The translations under genes and the position numbers were made by a program. From positions 1-64,000 of the forward strand of contig RBZT01000435.1 in assembly GCA_003693705.1 (NCBI GenBank): 64,000 nt of DNA. Direction: 5' to 3'. Numbering within the stretch: the stretch's first letter is position 1; every line of letters begins with the position of its first letter. Of this stretch, positions 63,204-64,000 are shown one piece after another. The notes beneath the pieces were generated by a model, which had not been told where the DNA came from, did not search any database, and worked only from the letters and a program-made list of their open reading frames with translations. This stretch comes from Polymyxa betae A26-41 (lineage: Eukaryota > Protista > Endomyxa: Phytomyxea).

Positions 63204-63961
63204 TTATTTCTTCACGCTCCACATGGAGAATGTGGCAGGTTTCTTGTTAACACTTAAGCCTTCTGGCTCGATTTGAATGGAGGCTAAATTATCATCTTGC
63301 CTTGCCAATATATCATCGGAAACAATTTCTTGTTTACGTTGAACAGATGGTGATCGGGTCGAATTGTCATCAATCAAGGATGTTCTGTCTTTTCTTTTGC
63401 GTTTCCTCTCAGGACGTTCCAAAACAAGCTGCTGATCAGAAAGCAGTTCTGAGAGAATTGCTGGCCGAGGTCCAAGTCTGGGTAAAGTATCGTGTTTGTC
63501 AATGACTTCATTTACTGGCTTTTGCGGTATGAAACGTTCCCACTGCGATTTAGCATCAGTAGTGGATTTTAATGGATCAATTTCTTCCTACAAAGTTCTT
63601 CATCAATGATCTTTGAGAATCATGTACGCCAATCCAGCATTACCCAGAAACTACTGCCATCTTCCAAAGGTTCTTCGGCAGCAACACTTTCAGCTTCAGC
63701 AATTTTATGCTCGTTCTCCTGCATTCCGGCTTTCATATTTAATTCCTGAACGACTGCACTCAAATGACATCAGAAGTCAAACGCGAACTGGGTGTTGAAA
63801 GAACCTGGACGAAGAGCACTCGCTGATGACGACCTTGAATACACTTTTCTCACTGATTGCTTCGTACAGCATAATACGCAAGCGAACTTGCTGTCTTTGC
63901 GAGCCTGCTTGATCTGGAACTGTTTACATTCGACACAGCGAGCAATAATAAATTCTGGCAT
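63204..63961 (-). CDS. MRNIP: MRN complex-interacting protein-like (C5orf45)
   Basis: RCVECKQFQIKQARKDSKFACVLCCTKQSVRKVY...VQELN zinc-ribbon N-terminus. Confidence 0.75.
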
Positions 63962-64000
63962 TGGGGCACTGCGCTTTGATGACGAATGATATACAGAGGC

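Noticed and set aside
1-64000. tRNA, rRNA or snRNA genes; LTR or LINE elements
   Set aside because: No cloverleaf, rRNA signature or RT/integrase motif recognised by eye; a covariance-model scan would be needed to exclude small RNAs

Overview
Gene-dense eukaryotic DNA with many short (~45-60 nt) GT-AG introns and the standard genetic code, so the ORF track splits most genes into exon fragments. Tiny introns, tiny intergenic gaps, flagellar genes (WDR63, TPGS1), a GH18 chitinase and TTTAGGG-type motifs suggest a plasmodiophorid/Phytomyxea-like protist (inference, not proven). About 25 genes are recognisable: GRK-like kinase, G-alpha, STRIP/FAR11, chitinase, WDR63, ARFRP1, DUF3712-like protein, calmodulin-like protein, eIF4G, S10 carboxypeptidase, ANTH protein, TPR-SAM protein, ABCC transporter, DIS3-like RNase, kinesin-14, RING E3, WDR17, MscS-like channel, TPGS1, NADPH oxidase, VAMP7, PHF5A, CENP-X, RBM22 and MRNIP. 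An accessory island at ~4.5-14.3 kb holds a minisatellite, a Tc2/pogo-like MITE, a truncated PIF/Harbinger transposon apparently inserted into a host gene, and chitinase relics. The top finding is the NADPH oxidase gene (54471-57484, minus strand), which appears to encode a natural single-chain p22phox(CYBA/NoxD)-NOX2 fusion joined by a 51-nt intron. Also notable are a recurrent CCCCANGACCCC promoter motif, telomere-like repeats inside introns, and a G-alpha with a TCNT (not TCAT) motif next to a prenylated GRK. Exon boundaries were worked out by eye and are approximate; family assignments come from recalled motifs, not database searches.
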